From: Camelus dromedarius
Lineage: Eukaryota
Direction: 5' to 3'
Length of the DNA: 64,000 nt
Assembly: GCF_036321535.1 (NCBI RefSeq)
Contig: NC_087437.1
Location: 12,340,001-12,404,000 of the forward strand
Made by a program: the position numbers and the translations under genes. This document shows positions 12,418 to 24,712 of this stretch, in pieces. The notes beneath the pieces are model-generated. The model saw only the letters and a program-made list of their open reading frames with translations, was not told where the DNA came from and did not search any database. Within the stretch, counting starts at the first letter, position 1. Each line of letters begins with the position of its first letter.

Positions 12418-13655
12418 CTTTTTAAACAACAGCTCTGTTGAGATGTAATTCACACATCATACATTCTAATGTGTACTATACAGCAGGATTTATTCATAGA
12501 GTTGTACAACCATCATCACTGTCTACTTCCAGAAACTTGCTATCACCCAGCAAGGAAACCTCACACCCACTAACAGTCACTCTGCCTTCCACCTCTCCTC
12601 AGTCCCTGGAAACTACTATTCTACTTTTTATCTCTGTGGATTTGCATATTCTGGACTTCTACTGATGGGTTCATACAATGTGTGATCTGTTGTGATCTTT
12701 TGTGACTTTTTTTACTTACAGTAATGTATTCAAGGTTCATTCATGATGTAGCATGTATCAGTACTTCATTCTTTTTCATGGCCAAATAATATTCCACCGG
12801 ACAGATACAATGTTTCATGTATCTGTTCTTCATTCAATGGACACTTGGATGGTTTCCATTTGGTGGCTATTGTGAATAAAATTGCTATAAATACCTATGT
12901 ACAAGTTTTTGTGTGGACATATATTTTCAGTTCTCTTGGGTGTATATCTAGGATTAGAATTATTGGGTCGTACTGTAAGTAGCTCTATGTTTAACTTTTT
13001 GAAGAACAGACTTTTCCAAAGCAGCTCACAATTTTACATTCCCTCTAATGGATATATGAGGGTTCCTTTTGCTCCCCATTCTTTCCAATACTTGTCTCTG
13101 TCCATCTTTGTGATCACAGCCATTCTAGCAGGTGTGACATGGTATCTCATTGTGGTTTTGATTTGCATTTCTCTCAGAACTAATGATGCTGAGCATCTTT
13201 TCATGTGCTTATTGGCCATTTGCAGATCTTCTTTGGAGAAGTATGTATTCAAATACTCTGCCCATTTTATTTATCTTTTTGTTGTTGAGTTATAAGAGGT
13301 CTTTATATATCCTGAATGAAAGTCACTTATAGATATATGATTTGCAAATACTTCTACCCATTCTTAGGTTTTCTTTTCCCTTCTTTGATAGTATCATTTG
13401 AAGCACAAAAGTGTTTAGTTGATGAAATCGAATATATGAATTTTTCTTTTTGTTTATAATTTTGGTGTCATAGTTTAGGGATTATTGCCTAATTCAGAAT
13501 CACAGAAAGTTATGCCTATGATTTCTTCAAAAAGTTTTCTAGTGTTAGCTCTTATATTTAGTTCTCTGATCCATTTAGAGTTAATTTTTTTACATGGTGT
13601 GAGATAGTTGTCCAATTTTATTCTTTTGCATGTGGATATCCAGTTGTTCCATTAT
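12418..13655 (-). mobile_element. L1MB-like 3' end (ORF2 C-terminus plus 3'UTR)
   Basis: ORF 13034-13252 FSKEDLQMANKHMKRCSASLVLREMQIKTTMRYHVTPARMA is canonical L1 ORF2 C-terminus. Confidence 0.92.
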
Positions 13656-13894
13656 CCATTCCTTACTGCAAACTTAACCAATCCAGAGTGAATGGCTGAA
13701 GAGAAGAGTTGCACACATGTTGGTAAGACAGCATATTCTAAGGAAGATACAGTCAAATGATCTGAAATAAGATATCAACCCATTCAATTTGTTGGCATAT
13801 CATGAGACATATAATGACTACAGTAAAAGGAGTCTAATATTAAAAATATGTTGGTGTTTCCTGAGCATTATCCAAAGGAGAGAGATGTGTGGAC

Positions 13895-14033
13895 CTGGTA
13901 CGGGTCATCAAAGATATGCACATCCTGTCGAATGGAAATAGTTCATCATGACTTTCTACAGCCTGGATAATAGACTTCAGGAGGATTTCCTCTCTCCTTT
14001 GACTTCTCTGGTGCTCTATACTGAGAAGCATGC
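13895..14033 (-). pseudogene. Open exon-like block
   Basis: Good acceptor ttcatcttgttctccatag|GCATG; GMLLSIEHQRSQRREEILLKSIIQAVESHDELFPFDRMCISLMTRT. Donor is weak (CAG|gtccac), so the 3' boundary is uncertain. Confidence 0.35.
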
Positions 14034-15069
14034 CTATGGAGAACAAGATGAACAACTCTGGACATAGGTAGCTCCCCTACGTATCTTAGTAAATGGACAT
14101 CTCTGTTAGTGATCATATTTTTTGTGAGTTCGGTGAACTTAGTTAGACACCTCCAGCCTGATCATCTCTGAATGAACTAAAGACATCATACTTCTGCTTT
14201 CATAAAGCTGAGAAACCAGTTGAGTTTAATCACATGAGGGTAATGCTACCCTTGAGGACTGACCTTAGCGGCCAACTGGATTCTCCTCCTCTGACAGCTG
14301 TCTTGAAATACATCACCTTAAAGAGGGACATTGAAAGCATGCTTAAAATGCTTATCTTCAAGGCAAGGCTTTGGGGGTTGTATGTGTGGGAGAGTGGGAG
14401 GGTCCCAGGTAGCCAAGTGGCCAGGGAGCCCCATCATAAAAGTACATAGCCCCTGACCTGGGTGAAGGGAGGGAAAATACAAAAAAGTGAGATGGAATGA
14501 AGCAGAAGACAGTGTGATGCAGTTTGGAGAGATTCTAGGCTCCACCGCTAACTGACTTTGTAACCTTGGGCAACGTGCATGTTTATATCATGCTTGGCAC
14601 TGTCTCTGTAAATTGGACATATTAGTCTCTACTTGAATTGGTTGACGTGGAACTTTTAAGGAACGTCCAGCAGCATGCCTGAAACCTAGTACATTCTCAA
14701 CTAATATTAGCACCCTTCCAGTTCTCCCTTGGTCTAACCAGGGGCTGCCCTCAATATTGATCACGAGGTCAAGTTTGCTCTTGACCATTTCAAATTCTGA
14801 CTTGGCTTTGGAGTCACACCCTCTCATTTCTGACACCAGCTGTGAGCATCCAGGGAGTACCTGGTAGGTTTCCTCAATTTCACTCCCACCTTCGCAGTCA
14901 CAGTGGATCGAGACACAGATGAATTTTCTCTGGAGATCAGGATCTGGATATTTAACTTGTTACCAGAACACAATGTGGGTCCTTAGATCTACCACCATCT
15001 CAGGGGTAGCTAGCAGCGGGTGATCAGAAATCATTCTTTGTGAAAAAAAATAATTTCTCTCCCTCATAC

Positions 15070-15157
15070 CTTAAACATCATTACAAATTCTTCATGGGAC
15101 TCTATTATTATCTGCTTTGTGCCACTTTTGTGACTTTCCTCCTCTGCCTTCCTCATC
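15070..15157 (-). pseudogene. Open 88-nt exon-like block (phase 2-0)
   Basis: ttgtaccctttctgaag|GATGAGG ... TTTAAG|gtatga; MRKAEEESHKSGTKQIIIESHEEFVMMFK. Confidence 0.45.
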
Positions 15158-16179
15158 CTTCAGAAAGGGTACAATTACAAATTCACAAAACAATTGAACT
15201 TCGAGTTTGAAGCAGCATTTCACCCTTGGCAACCAGAATCCTTAATCATGCACCTTGTAAGTGAAAAAATAAAAGCTAATATTTTATCTTGATGAATAAG
15301 AGTCAGTGCTTGCCAAATAGGACTCTCACAGAGCTGATAATATGGGTGAAAAAACTATTATTATGGATTCTGATTGCACTTAGATTTTATATCATATTAG
15401 TGTGATTTATGCAACACAATTTTACTTATTTATCAGCTGAGCACCTAAAGTCAAAAGACAACTATAACCTGGTCTTTTAAACATGTAACTATTGACAAAA
15501 ATAAATTTCAAATAATTACTTTTATACCTTTGGTCTGGGCAAATAAAGACCACTGTGCGTGTGCTGTGAGTGTGTGTATTTGTAAATTCATTTATAATAT
15601 TTGTTTCATAAGATTTACTGACCTCTCAGTGAGATTTCTTAAAAGTGAATTTTTTCCTTCTAAACTTTGATTTATTTGTGACTATCTTTTGATCCATCAT
15701 GTAAATGTCTTTATGTTTATAAATATTTCCATGAGGGATGGTGTTATACACCGAACTAATCTCCAAGACCTTAATTGCTTCAACCCTTGGGTGAAAGGAT
15801 GTATATATTTAACCATCAAACCCTGTGGTGGTTGTTGTTAGTTATTCAAAAATACTCACTGAGCCTTTACTGTGTACTTGCCACTCTACTGTGATAGGAA
15901 CAGAAGACCCAATATTCTACAGAAAAGATGTGGTCCTTTCCTGCCATGAAGGAAATGTCAATTTACTCGGGAGACATGAAGTAAACACATACACGGACAA
16001 TCTGCAGAATATGCTGTTATCTTTACTTATCTGTCTTTTCTCCTATTGTTCCCTCAGTCTAGAAAATCCATTTCCCTCTGCTGCTCCACCCTTGTTGACA
16101 TAATCTCGAATGCAAGAGCAACAATGAGGGAAACTTGTCTAATTATTGAGGAGGAGTGAAAGGAAGTTAGAATAAGTTG

Positions 16180-17335
16180 ATTACAGAGCAAGATCTCATC
16201 AAGGATGTCCATGTCGTCTTAAACGTATATAGAAAAAAAATCAGAACACTGGACTGGGAAGTGGCTCCTAATCAGGCATACAGCCATGACTTCAGAATCT
16301 TTAAGTATCTGAGCAAACATGAGTCAAAACTTACAAACAACAACTCAAAGGATGCTCTTCTCAAAAAGAATAGGAGGGTGCTAGAAAGAAAATTCGGACT
16401 ACATAATCCATGGAGCAGTAAAGAGAAAGGAAACTCATGAAACTAATTTGACTGCCTCTGGAGTTTTCTGATGAACCCAGATATTAAAGTGGAAGATGTT
16501 AAAATATGGGAGAAGATACGGCTATCCAAGTATGAAAATAAAGAGTGACACAGCCCGTTTTTGAGAAGTCTTGGGTGGCAGTTTATGGAGTTCTGTCTCA
16601 GTGTACATCATTATCAAGAACTTAGAAAGGTACACTGGCTTCATGCTTATAACTATTGTCCAAGACATCATACGACTGGAAGGACTATTCCAAAAGCTCT
16701 TGACAGCCTGGAAAAAATGGACCAAATCTTACCAAGGGAAACATAAATGGATCAAAGTAAAATTATTCACTTAACATTCGAAAAACATCTGCCCCTAAAA
16801 TGAATAGGGAACGAGCTTACCAGCAGCACTGGTGGTGGCTGACGGGAAGTTCAGCGTGGCTCAGTCATGCAGTATGTCTGCTTGGTAACGTCATTTGATG
16901 CTCCAATGCAGATCAAAGGTTGTGCTGGTGAACCGCACTTGGAATAGCATGTTCCGTCTGGAGACCACATTTAAAGGGACAAGTTGACCAACTGGAATGT
17001 GTCCAGCACAGGGGGTGTGATGATAATGAAAAAGCGATTAAAACCATCCTCACAGGAAAACACATATGAAAAGAGCTTTTATCCTGGAGAAGAGGAGATA
17101 ACTCATGGAGAAGTGAAGACTGACCTCAGGTTCTGGAAGGGCTGCTCTGCGGGAAAGTGTTTATGCTTGACCGACTTGTCTAAGAGAGTAGAACCAGGGC
17201 AGAAGGGTAGGAACTGAGTAGGGGCAGGTTTGGGCTGAATATTGAAAAGACCTTGAGAACATCTAAAATTGTCCAGATGCAAAACTGGCTTCATCTGGAG
17301 GCCTGCTCAGTAGAGGTGCTTGAACCGAAGGCTGT
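16180..17335 (+). mobile_element. CR1/L3 LINE fragment (RT C-terminus and 3' end)
   Basis: Residual IPKALDSLEK/WTK...IKVKLF corresponds to CR1 IQxDLDxLExW...KCKVLHL; accgcacttggaatagcatgttc, actggaatgtgtccag, cctggagaagaggaga and ggcaggtttgggctgaatat are L3-type motifs. Confidence 0.75.
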
Positions 17336-17643
17336 GGCTCCAAGCGCGCGCTTACTGTTTCTACTTCCTCCCAGGTGCTGTCTGCCCAACCCTCCCTTTC
17401 CTTCCAACTTCTATTCATCCATCCCACTTCCTTCCATCTTTCCCAGGCCCCTCATTCCTTCATGAATCTCACAGGCCCCCTCCAGTCCCCAGTCCCTTAC
17501 AATGATTATAGTCTCCCCAAGCCTATGCCATGTGACATCCCTCCTACAATGCTAGCTTCTCAGTCCAGAAAACTCAACCTTTTCCATCAAAGCACAAATC
17601 AAGTGTCTACTCCTGAAACCCATTCAGTCCCTTCCTCATTTGT

Positions 17644-17785
17644 TTGTTTGTTTGTCATTTTAATTTTGTGTGTGTGGGGGGAGGATAATTAGGTTTATTT
17701 ATTTATTTTTAGTGGAGGTGCTGGGGATTGAACCCAACCTTGTGCATGCTAGACATGCCCTCTACCACTGAGCTGTACCCTCCCC
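17644..17785 (-). mobile_element. tRNA-derived SINE, camelid Vic-1-like, with 18-bp TSD
   Basis: Reverse strand ggggagggtacagctcagtggtagag...ggttcaatccccagcacctcca + (taaa)n tail (A and B boxes); TSD ag(t/c)cccttcctcatttgt at 17626-17643 and 17786-17803. Confidence 0.9.
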
Positions 17786-18883
17786 AGCCCCTTCCTCATT
17801 TGTATTACACGCCTGCCCACTCAGTGCTGAGTCCCTGAGGTTTCAGGTTTATCTGTTTCAGCAGCAGCTGAACCAATCCTTATATCTTCAAATGAGTGCT
17901 TCAGTTAGGAGGACTTCTCCATATAAAGAATACAGGAGAAGTTCAAGCAGTTCTGGTGTTTCTTTTTCTTTTTAAACAGGATCTATTTTTATTTTATGCA
18001 TGAATCAGAGCCATCTCCTTTCTCAGTAAAGTCAGAGCTCTTGGCCCCTGTCATTGCCTCCCAGTCAAGTCAGGAGATGGGGGCTCCTTTCCTGGGCAAG
18101 TCCAAGGAAGCTTTTTGTTCTCAGGCTTTGTCTCTCACACATCCATGTGGGAGCCAGTCAGTGTGGAGCCAGCTTCTCACCCTGACTTTTTCTCTCCTGG
18201 GTTTGTTTTTGGAACTTTTTTTCCCCTTCTCCTTCCCCCATGGTGTGAGTTCATGTGTGGCCGGTTTTCTTGGGCACGAGGCCCAGCTGAGTTTCAGCTT
18301 TGTTTGTTGTTTGTACTGCCTGAGATCAGCCCCTGATACCCAGTGGTCAGAGTTCCCTGGGATGGGGGACCCCAACTGCATTCTTTTAGGCCTGGTTGGA
18401 AGACAGCAAATGCAAGAACACCAGGGCTTTTCAAGTCTTCATTCACAGAGAAGAAAGCTGCAGTATTTTGTGTAGAATAAGAAATACATAGGTATGTGGT
18501 TTTGAAACCTCCCTGTTCTGTTTTAAGCCAACAAAGAATTCCTAATTTAAAGGAGATCTGTCCCAGTTACTGATCTACCATGCACACATAAACCAAACAA
18601 CCAAGAAGTTCACTGAGTTAGGATTTGTTCACGCTCCATTTTAGTGAGAGAAAAAAAGTGACAGACCTCCAGAGTGCGGGACCGGGCTCCCACGATCCCA
18701 CAGGGGACAGACACTCCCCAGGCTCTTTGTCAGAAGCCCAAGAGGTCACACCCAGGGGATAAGAACAAACCAGAACTGAATCCGGTCTTAAAAACTGCCA
18801 CCTTTCCCCAGCCCAGCTTAATCCTTGCCTGGACTGGATCAGCCCCCCACCTTATCTGCCTTCCAGAGGAGAGGGGAACTTAC

Positions 18884-18927
18884 ATCTTGTGACCCAGGTC
18901 ATCTAGAACTTTCTCCTTCAAGGTACA
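18884..18927 (-). pseudogene. Open 44-nt exon-like block (phase 0-2)
   Basis: ttaacactag|TGTACC ... AAGAT|gtaagt (consensus donor); CTLKEKVLDDLGHK, phase-matching the 15157 exon. Confidence 0.35.
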
Positions 18928-19132
18928 CTAGTGTTAACTAGTTTCAACGTGCAGGCCACGTGTTGAGCCTGGTCTCACCCGTCCGGGCCCCCCGCCGAGG
19001 CTGGCTGAGTCCGGGCAAGCTGGGTAACTTCACTAATCCTTGGTGACTTGCTCTATTCAATTAGGATGATGACGGAACCTACCCGCTGACTTAGATAAAG
19101 TGAAAATCAAATGAGATGGGAAATCAAATGAG

Positions 19133-19350
19133 ACAGCAGAGCATAGTGGTTAAGGACATGGCCTCTGAAAAGTCCTGGCTACACTTACTGAATAATCTGG
19201 GACAAGTTAACCTCTGTGTTTCTATTTCTTTCTCTGTAAATTAGAGCTAATAAGAGTGTCTACCTCTTAGGGTTGTTATAGGAATTAAATGAGTTAAAAC
19301 CTGTAAAGCACTCAGAGTAGTTTCTGGTAGGAAGCATGTGCTGTATATGT
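19133..19350 (+). mobile_element. MIR SINE
   Basis: acagcagagcatagtggttaag...tttctctgtaaa...ggaattaaatgagttaa...aaagcactcag. Confidence 0.85.
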
Positions 19351-19489
19351 TTTGGCTAAATACGTCATAGTCCTTGGCTCGTAATGATGCTTGCGAAGGG
19401 CTAGGTGCTATCGTCCTTCTAACTGGATGATGATGATGACCATGACTGCCACTGCCGCCACCACCACCACCATCAGTAGTTCTCACCTT

Positions 19490-21220
19490 CCTAAACCCTG
19501 CTCCATCTGACCCTATGTCTCCTTCCCTTCTAGAAACTCTCTATTCCCTTGGCTCCTGGGACCCCACTCATGCTAGTTCTCTGACTGTTTCCTGTTCATT
19601 TCTCCTCCATCTTTTTCATAAGCATCTCTTTTTCGCAGCTCCTCTTAGCATGCTATGGTCCCCCAGGGTCCTAGCCACAGCCCACTGTTCTTCTCATTCG
19701 TGAGTGATGTCATTCAGTCTTACTCTTCAAATTATCCCCCATATGCTAATGGCAACCCCTCATTTCGGACACCAAACCCCTCTCAGCAGTCCGGGCCCCC
19801 ATGGGTCCCAGACGCACCTATTTCCTGTCTGCTGTGTCTCTATCTGGTGATCCCAGATCATTCAAAAAGAATATTCATCATCTTCCCTCTAAATCAACTC
19901 CTCCTCCTCCATTTCGTGTATCATTTGAGAGCACCTTTACCTCCTGTCACCAAGCTAGAAAGGCAGAGATTGTTCTGGATTCCATCTTCATCTTAGTACC
20001 GCACATCCAAACCACACTAGTGCCTGCCAGTTTTGCTGACCAACATTTCTCAAAGTGGTACTTTCTCTTCTGACACCCACTGCCTTAATTCTGTCCCCAC
20101 AACCTCTCACTTGGACCTCTTATGTGGTCTCCTTTCTCTTGGCCTCCCCTCTTTAAGCTCATCCTCCATCTTGCTACCCAGTAATGTTTCCAAAATGTAA
20201 AAATGACCCCATTATTCCCTGGGCTAAAGCCCCTCTGAGGCCCTTTCTTTTATAGGCTAAAGATGACTTCCTATTATGGAAGCCATAATATCTATCTAAC
20301 CTCATTTGCAAACATTCCCCTCTTCAACCTTTGTCCACTTATCAGTGAAACTCGTCTTTATCCAAAGTGCCCAAGGTGCCCTCACTCTACATATCTACTG
20401 GTCACCTTCTAGTGCTCGGCTCAGCTGTGACCACTCCCTGAAACTTCTTCATTCCCATCACTCCTCTCTATTCCCACGTACAAGGTGGCTTCTACTTCTG
20501 TATTAGTTTTCCAGCAAAGGTCAACAAACAACCCAGGTTTCTCCTCTTACAGCTCTGTAGGTCTGAAGTCTAATAGGGGTCTCATGGACTAAAGTCAAAG
20601 CTTCTGCAGGGCTCGTCCCTTTCTGTAAGCATCAGATAGCATGTGTTTCCTTGCCTTTTTCAGGAGCTACAAGGCACCTGCATTCCTTGGCTTGTGGTCC
20701 CTTCCCCCAGCTTCAAATCCAGCAATGGCTGCTTGAGCCCTCCTCACATCCATCACTCTGACTTACTGTGATTCTTTCCTCTCCCACTTTTGAGGACCCT
20801 TCTGTTTACATTGTCTCAGGATAGTCTCCATTTCTTAAGGTCAGCTGTTTGACAACCTTAATTCCTGAGTGACGTGTATGTATTTATACGTTCTGGGGGT
20901 TCAGACATGGACATCTTTGGGCAGGTTGTTATTCCACCTACGACAATGTCCCTTTCTGTGTTCCCACAGAACTCTCTGCTTACATCTGTCATTCTATGCA
21001 ATAAGTACCATCGTAGCATTTTGGGTTTTTTTAATTGAGATACAATTGATATGTAACATTGTGTGCGATTAAGATGTATAACATGTCGATTTGATACATT
21101 ATATGTTGCATTGTGTCAGTCTCTCTGACTTAATTAATTTTGATCTTCTTTGGGGTGTATTCATTTTTGAATCCCAATACTAAGAACAAAAAATAGACCC
21201 TCAGTAAACATTTTTGACCA
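19490..21220 (+). mobile_element. L2 LINE 3' region, interrupted by an MLT1 LTR and a short L1 tail (~21022-21110, minus)
   Basis: Pyrimidine-rich L2 ORF2-type sequence; resumes after the LTR and ends ctcagtaaacatttttga. Confidence 0.65.
20500..20944 (-). mobile_element. MLT1C/D-like MaLR solo LTR
   Basis: tgtattagtttt...ctcttacagctctgtaggtctgaagtc...cattccttggcttgtgg...ggacatctttggg...attccacctacgaca. Confidence 0.85.
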
Positions 21221-21394
21221 TTCAAATACCTAAGGGTAACCTAAATTCCCTTTTAAGGATCAGCACTGAAAAGGGATTAACCTGTGCCCAGTAATTAGAG
21301 TTATTCATGTCAGTAATTCCATTTCTGTGAAAACTGGTCAACCAATACGTGCTGTTAAGAATATAAACTTCATTACTCTTATTGCTATATTAAT

Positions 21395-21580
21395 ATTTAT
21401 TGTGTTTCTTATTATGTATGAGACATTGTTCTTAGTGCTTTTCACATGTTAATGCATTTAGTGTTTACAACAGTCTTCTGATGTAAGTTCGATTACTGTT
21501 GCCCATTTCATGAATGTGGAAACTGAGGCACGAAACATTAAATAACTTGCCAGATGTCAGCCAGTTTAGTATACAGTAAC
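21395..21580 (-). mobile_element. MIR SINE
   Basis: cccatttcatgaatgtggaaactgaggcac...aataacttgcc core. Confidence 0.8.
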
Positions 21581-23287
21581 TCTGAGTTAAACATTTTATT
21601 CTGTCAACCCAAACAATCTTTCCCGTGGCTAGTCTACATAAATGGGAGGTCACTGCAGTTCATTTGAAATTTTGTTTATTTCTCATGAAACTCAATAGCC
21701 TTTCGCCTCATGGGTTTAAGGAAAGAAATGAGTGAATTAGCTGGCTCCATTTGGGATTTTTCAGCCAGGCAACTTCTAAGACATATACGCTGTGGGCCTC
21801 AAGTGTAAAAATGAGCCGTGTATTATCTTTCAAAGCCACCTTGGTCTTTGGGAAAATCCTTGGGCCTAGCCGTGAGTCCGCACATGATCATTTTGTCAGT
21901 TTGATGAGAGTCAGTCCCAGGGGAAGGCCAGCATGCCAGGGAGGAAAGATGGGAGGATGGAGCACATTAAATCTGCGGTTGCTCACAGCATCTGCCTTTG
22001 ATGCTGTCTCTGGGGAACACACTGATCGCCTCCTCTCAGTCAACAAACTCTGTGTCTTCTCAGCAGTTCCGAAGGGGGAGAGCCGTTGCAGGCGTTTTGC
22101 CCTGACAAGCTTATTTCTCTTCGAAGTCTAGAATGCAGTAGAAGCCATCAAAGGCAAGGGGTATTAGGAGCTGGTTTTGTGCAACAGCAGCAGAATTTGG
22201 AAGTTTTCAGGCAGCTCCTTCACTTATATCAGCAGTTGAATTCATGGAAGAATAAACTGATAATATTTGGGTACTGTTTTTCGAGAGGTTGACTCTGTTG
22301 TGTTGCAAGCAACTTTGTTTAGAAAGTGGGCGGTATTTTTCACTGAATTCAAAGCTCTTGCTAAACAGTAAGCTGGCTGATCCGTAACCTGAGGAAGTGG
22401 AGAAGAAAGCGTGAAGGACTTTAAGAGGACACCATCATCCCAGAATGCCTTCGAGAACCCTCAAGGGAAAAGGGAAGCGGGTTTTCCTCCACTCTATTGC
22501 CTTGATGGCCAAGAGCCACGATTCTGTTTTTAATGTGGGAGAATGGCAGAGCGCGACTTCTTGCAAAAGGTTGAACGATGGCCGCCTTGTGGATTCAGCC
22601 TCCCGCTTGGTCTCCTGTTGCTGGCATCCTCAGAAACTCTGTGAGAGCTGGTGGAATAAACTCATTCACAATTAACTTAACAAAATTACAGATTGCTCTA
22701 TTTTAATGCAGTCCAATGGAAATGTCTTTTTTAAATAGAAAACCAACATGTTTATTAATTTTTATAAAATTTAAACATGACAAAAAACATACAATTTTGG
22801 TAGAAACTGGCCTTCTTACGTCCTCCCCTCTGAGGATGGAGGACTGGAAGTGGACTCTGATTCAGTATCCATTAAGCACTCTGACTTTATAATATTAATT
22901 CTGAGCAGCTGTGGTGTCTTGGGCGTTGCAGGGACACGGTGGGAGCACAGCCTCCTAATGGTTCTCTAACAGAGAGAGTGAAGGCTTTTCTCTACAGACC
23001 AGACAGTGGCCATCAGTCCCAGTCTGGCCTCCAGCCAGTCCCCTCTTCCTTCCACCTCCTGCTGCTGCTGCCAACCCTCTATTCAGGTGACTTCATTGTT
23101 TTTATTTCTAGTCTCTCTGGATTTAAACTGTCTCCTAACTCTTCTACCTACTTCTTCAATCTGTCTTCATTTTATTGCCTCTCATCCAGTTCCCTCTCGT
23201 TTTTAGGAATGAAACACCATGTATGACAGTGGTGTCTGGAGGCTGGAAGCCTACAGAATCTCTCCTTTCCACACTTGACTAAGGTTT

Positions 23288-23313
23288 TTTGTTGTTGTTG
23301 TTGTTGTTGTTGT
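23288..23313. repeat. (TTG)n microsatellite
   Basis: Direct reading. Confidence 0.9.
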
Positions 23314-23822
23314 TTAATTCTCTAGAAAATGTGACAGACTTTTTTTGAAAAGAGATTTTTATTGTATGGGTGTTATTCTGAAATACAGTTATTCAAATTT
23401 GGGAGTTATCTGGGTGGGAGTTCATTCTGTATGAGCTGAAGGGCTATAATTTGTGGTTACTCCAGTATTTGGTTAAATCTATAGTAAAAAAAAATCAGAC
23501 CATTATATATAATAATAGCATCAAATTAAGTATCTCATTTTTCCAGTGTTTATGGATTGAGATATTCAGAATTAACTATAGAAATCCAATATGGAAAACT
23601 GACAAATGTATACACATAATGCTGAAACTAATATCTTTTCTTAATTTTGATCATTTCTCAAGGCTTTTTGTCAAATCCTAGAAAGGTTATATTTTTCCTA
23701 AATTGTCTGTGCTTCTAGTGTCAAATTTCTTGAAACATATAATTGAGTGGTAAAAATTTTTAAACAAAATTTTACAAGGAAAAAATCTGTACACAGATGA
23801 ACCCTCACACATGAATCCTCCT

Positions 23823-23859
23823 CTTCTAACCTTTAACAACGTTTGTTAAAGGTTAGAAG
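23823..23859. repeat. Perfect inverted repeat, 17-bp arms, 3-nt spacer
   Basis: cttctaacctttaacaa-cgt-ttgttaaaggttagaag. Confidence 0.95.
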
Positions 23860-23906
23860 GGGACTTCTTTCCCCTTCTCCATTAGAGAGGATTTGGGGAC
23901 CCTCAC

Positions 23907-24077
23907 TGGTTCTTTGAAAGGGAAAATGTATCCAACATTGAAGGACTCATCATTTGATGTGGAAGAAATAAATCTGAGCATCCTGTTGGGTGTGTAAATG
24001 TTCAGATAAAGGCACTAAGACATTCCTTATCCTCTGGGTAATTCTTTTTTGTTCATAACACTTCTGATTCATGGTCC
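23907..24077 (-). pseudogene. 171-nt exon-like block with stops
   Basis: Strong acceptor cttttctatttcctcag|GGA, donor CCA|gtgagg; phase-0 reading [54 protein letters not shown]. Confidence 0.3.
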
Positions 24078-24339
24078 CTGAGGAAATAGAAAAGTAATGC
24101 AGGTGCTATGTGCTCTACAAAAGCAAATGTATGTTTTCCATGTTACTTCCTCAACTCAGATCTTAGATGTGGAATATTTCAGCCCTGGTCCCCAGCTGGG
24201 TCACTGCCATTTGATAAATTTCATTGTTACCATGGAGAATCCAAGAAATAGCAGAGTTAATGAATTTTAGCACCCCCCTACACACACACACTCTATTCCA
24301 CTCACCCTATCTTCTTTGTTGTTGTACACAAATTCCAGG

Positions 24340-24712
24340 AAGCTCTGGCCTCAGGGCCTTTGCACTGGTTGTCCCCTTGTCTGAGATACTCTTTACCCGT
24401 TGTTCATTTTCTCACTTCATCTGGTCTCTTTCAAACATCATCTTATCAAAAAAGCTTTCCCTGACAGCCCTGTATAAAATGTCAGACCCTCCTCACATCT
24501 TAGAACCCCTCCCACCTCTTACTTGCTTTATTCTGCTTCCTGGTTTCCACCATTACTTGCTATTAAGAAAGTTTTATGCAATTGCATTTTCACTCCCTGC
24601 CCTACCCCCGTCACCATTAATTAGAACAAAGCTCTGTCTGTATACCTGGGACCTGGCGCATCACCCAGCACATAAGAGGCCTTCAAAAAGATTTGTGGGA
24701 TAAATAGATGAG
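24340..24712 (+). mobile_element. L2 3' end
   Basis: gcctcagggcctttgcactggttgtccc...ctttccctgacagccctgtataaaat...cccagcacataagagg...atttgtgggataaatagatg. Confidence 0.8.

Noticed and set aside
17644..17785. tRNA gene (also 54131-54233)
   Set aside because: A and B boxes are present, but with an A-rich tail (and a clear TSD at 17.6 kb) and no intact cloverleaf; these are SINEs.
19247..19486. Gly/His-rich ORF (GGGGGSGSHGHHHH) resembling a transcription factor
   Set aside because: It arises from (CCA)n/(GAT)n simple repeats next to a MIR, and the rest translates MIR sequence.
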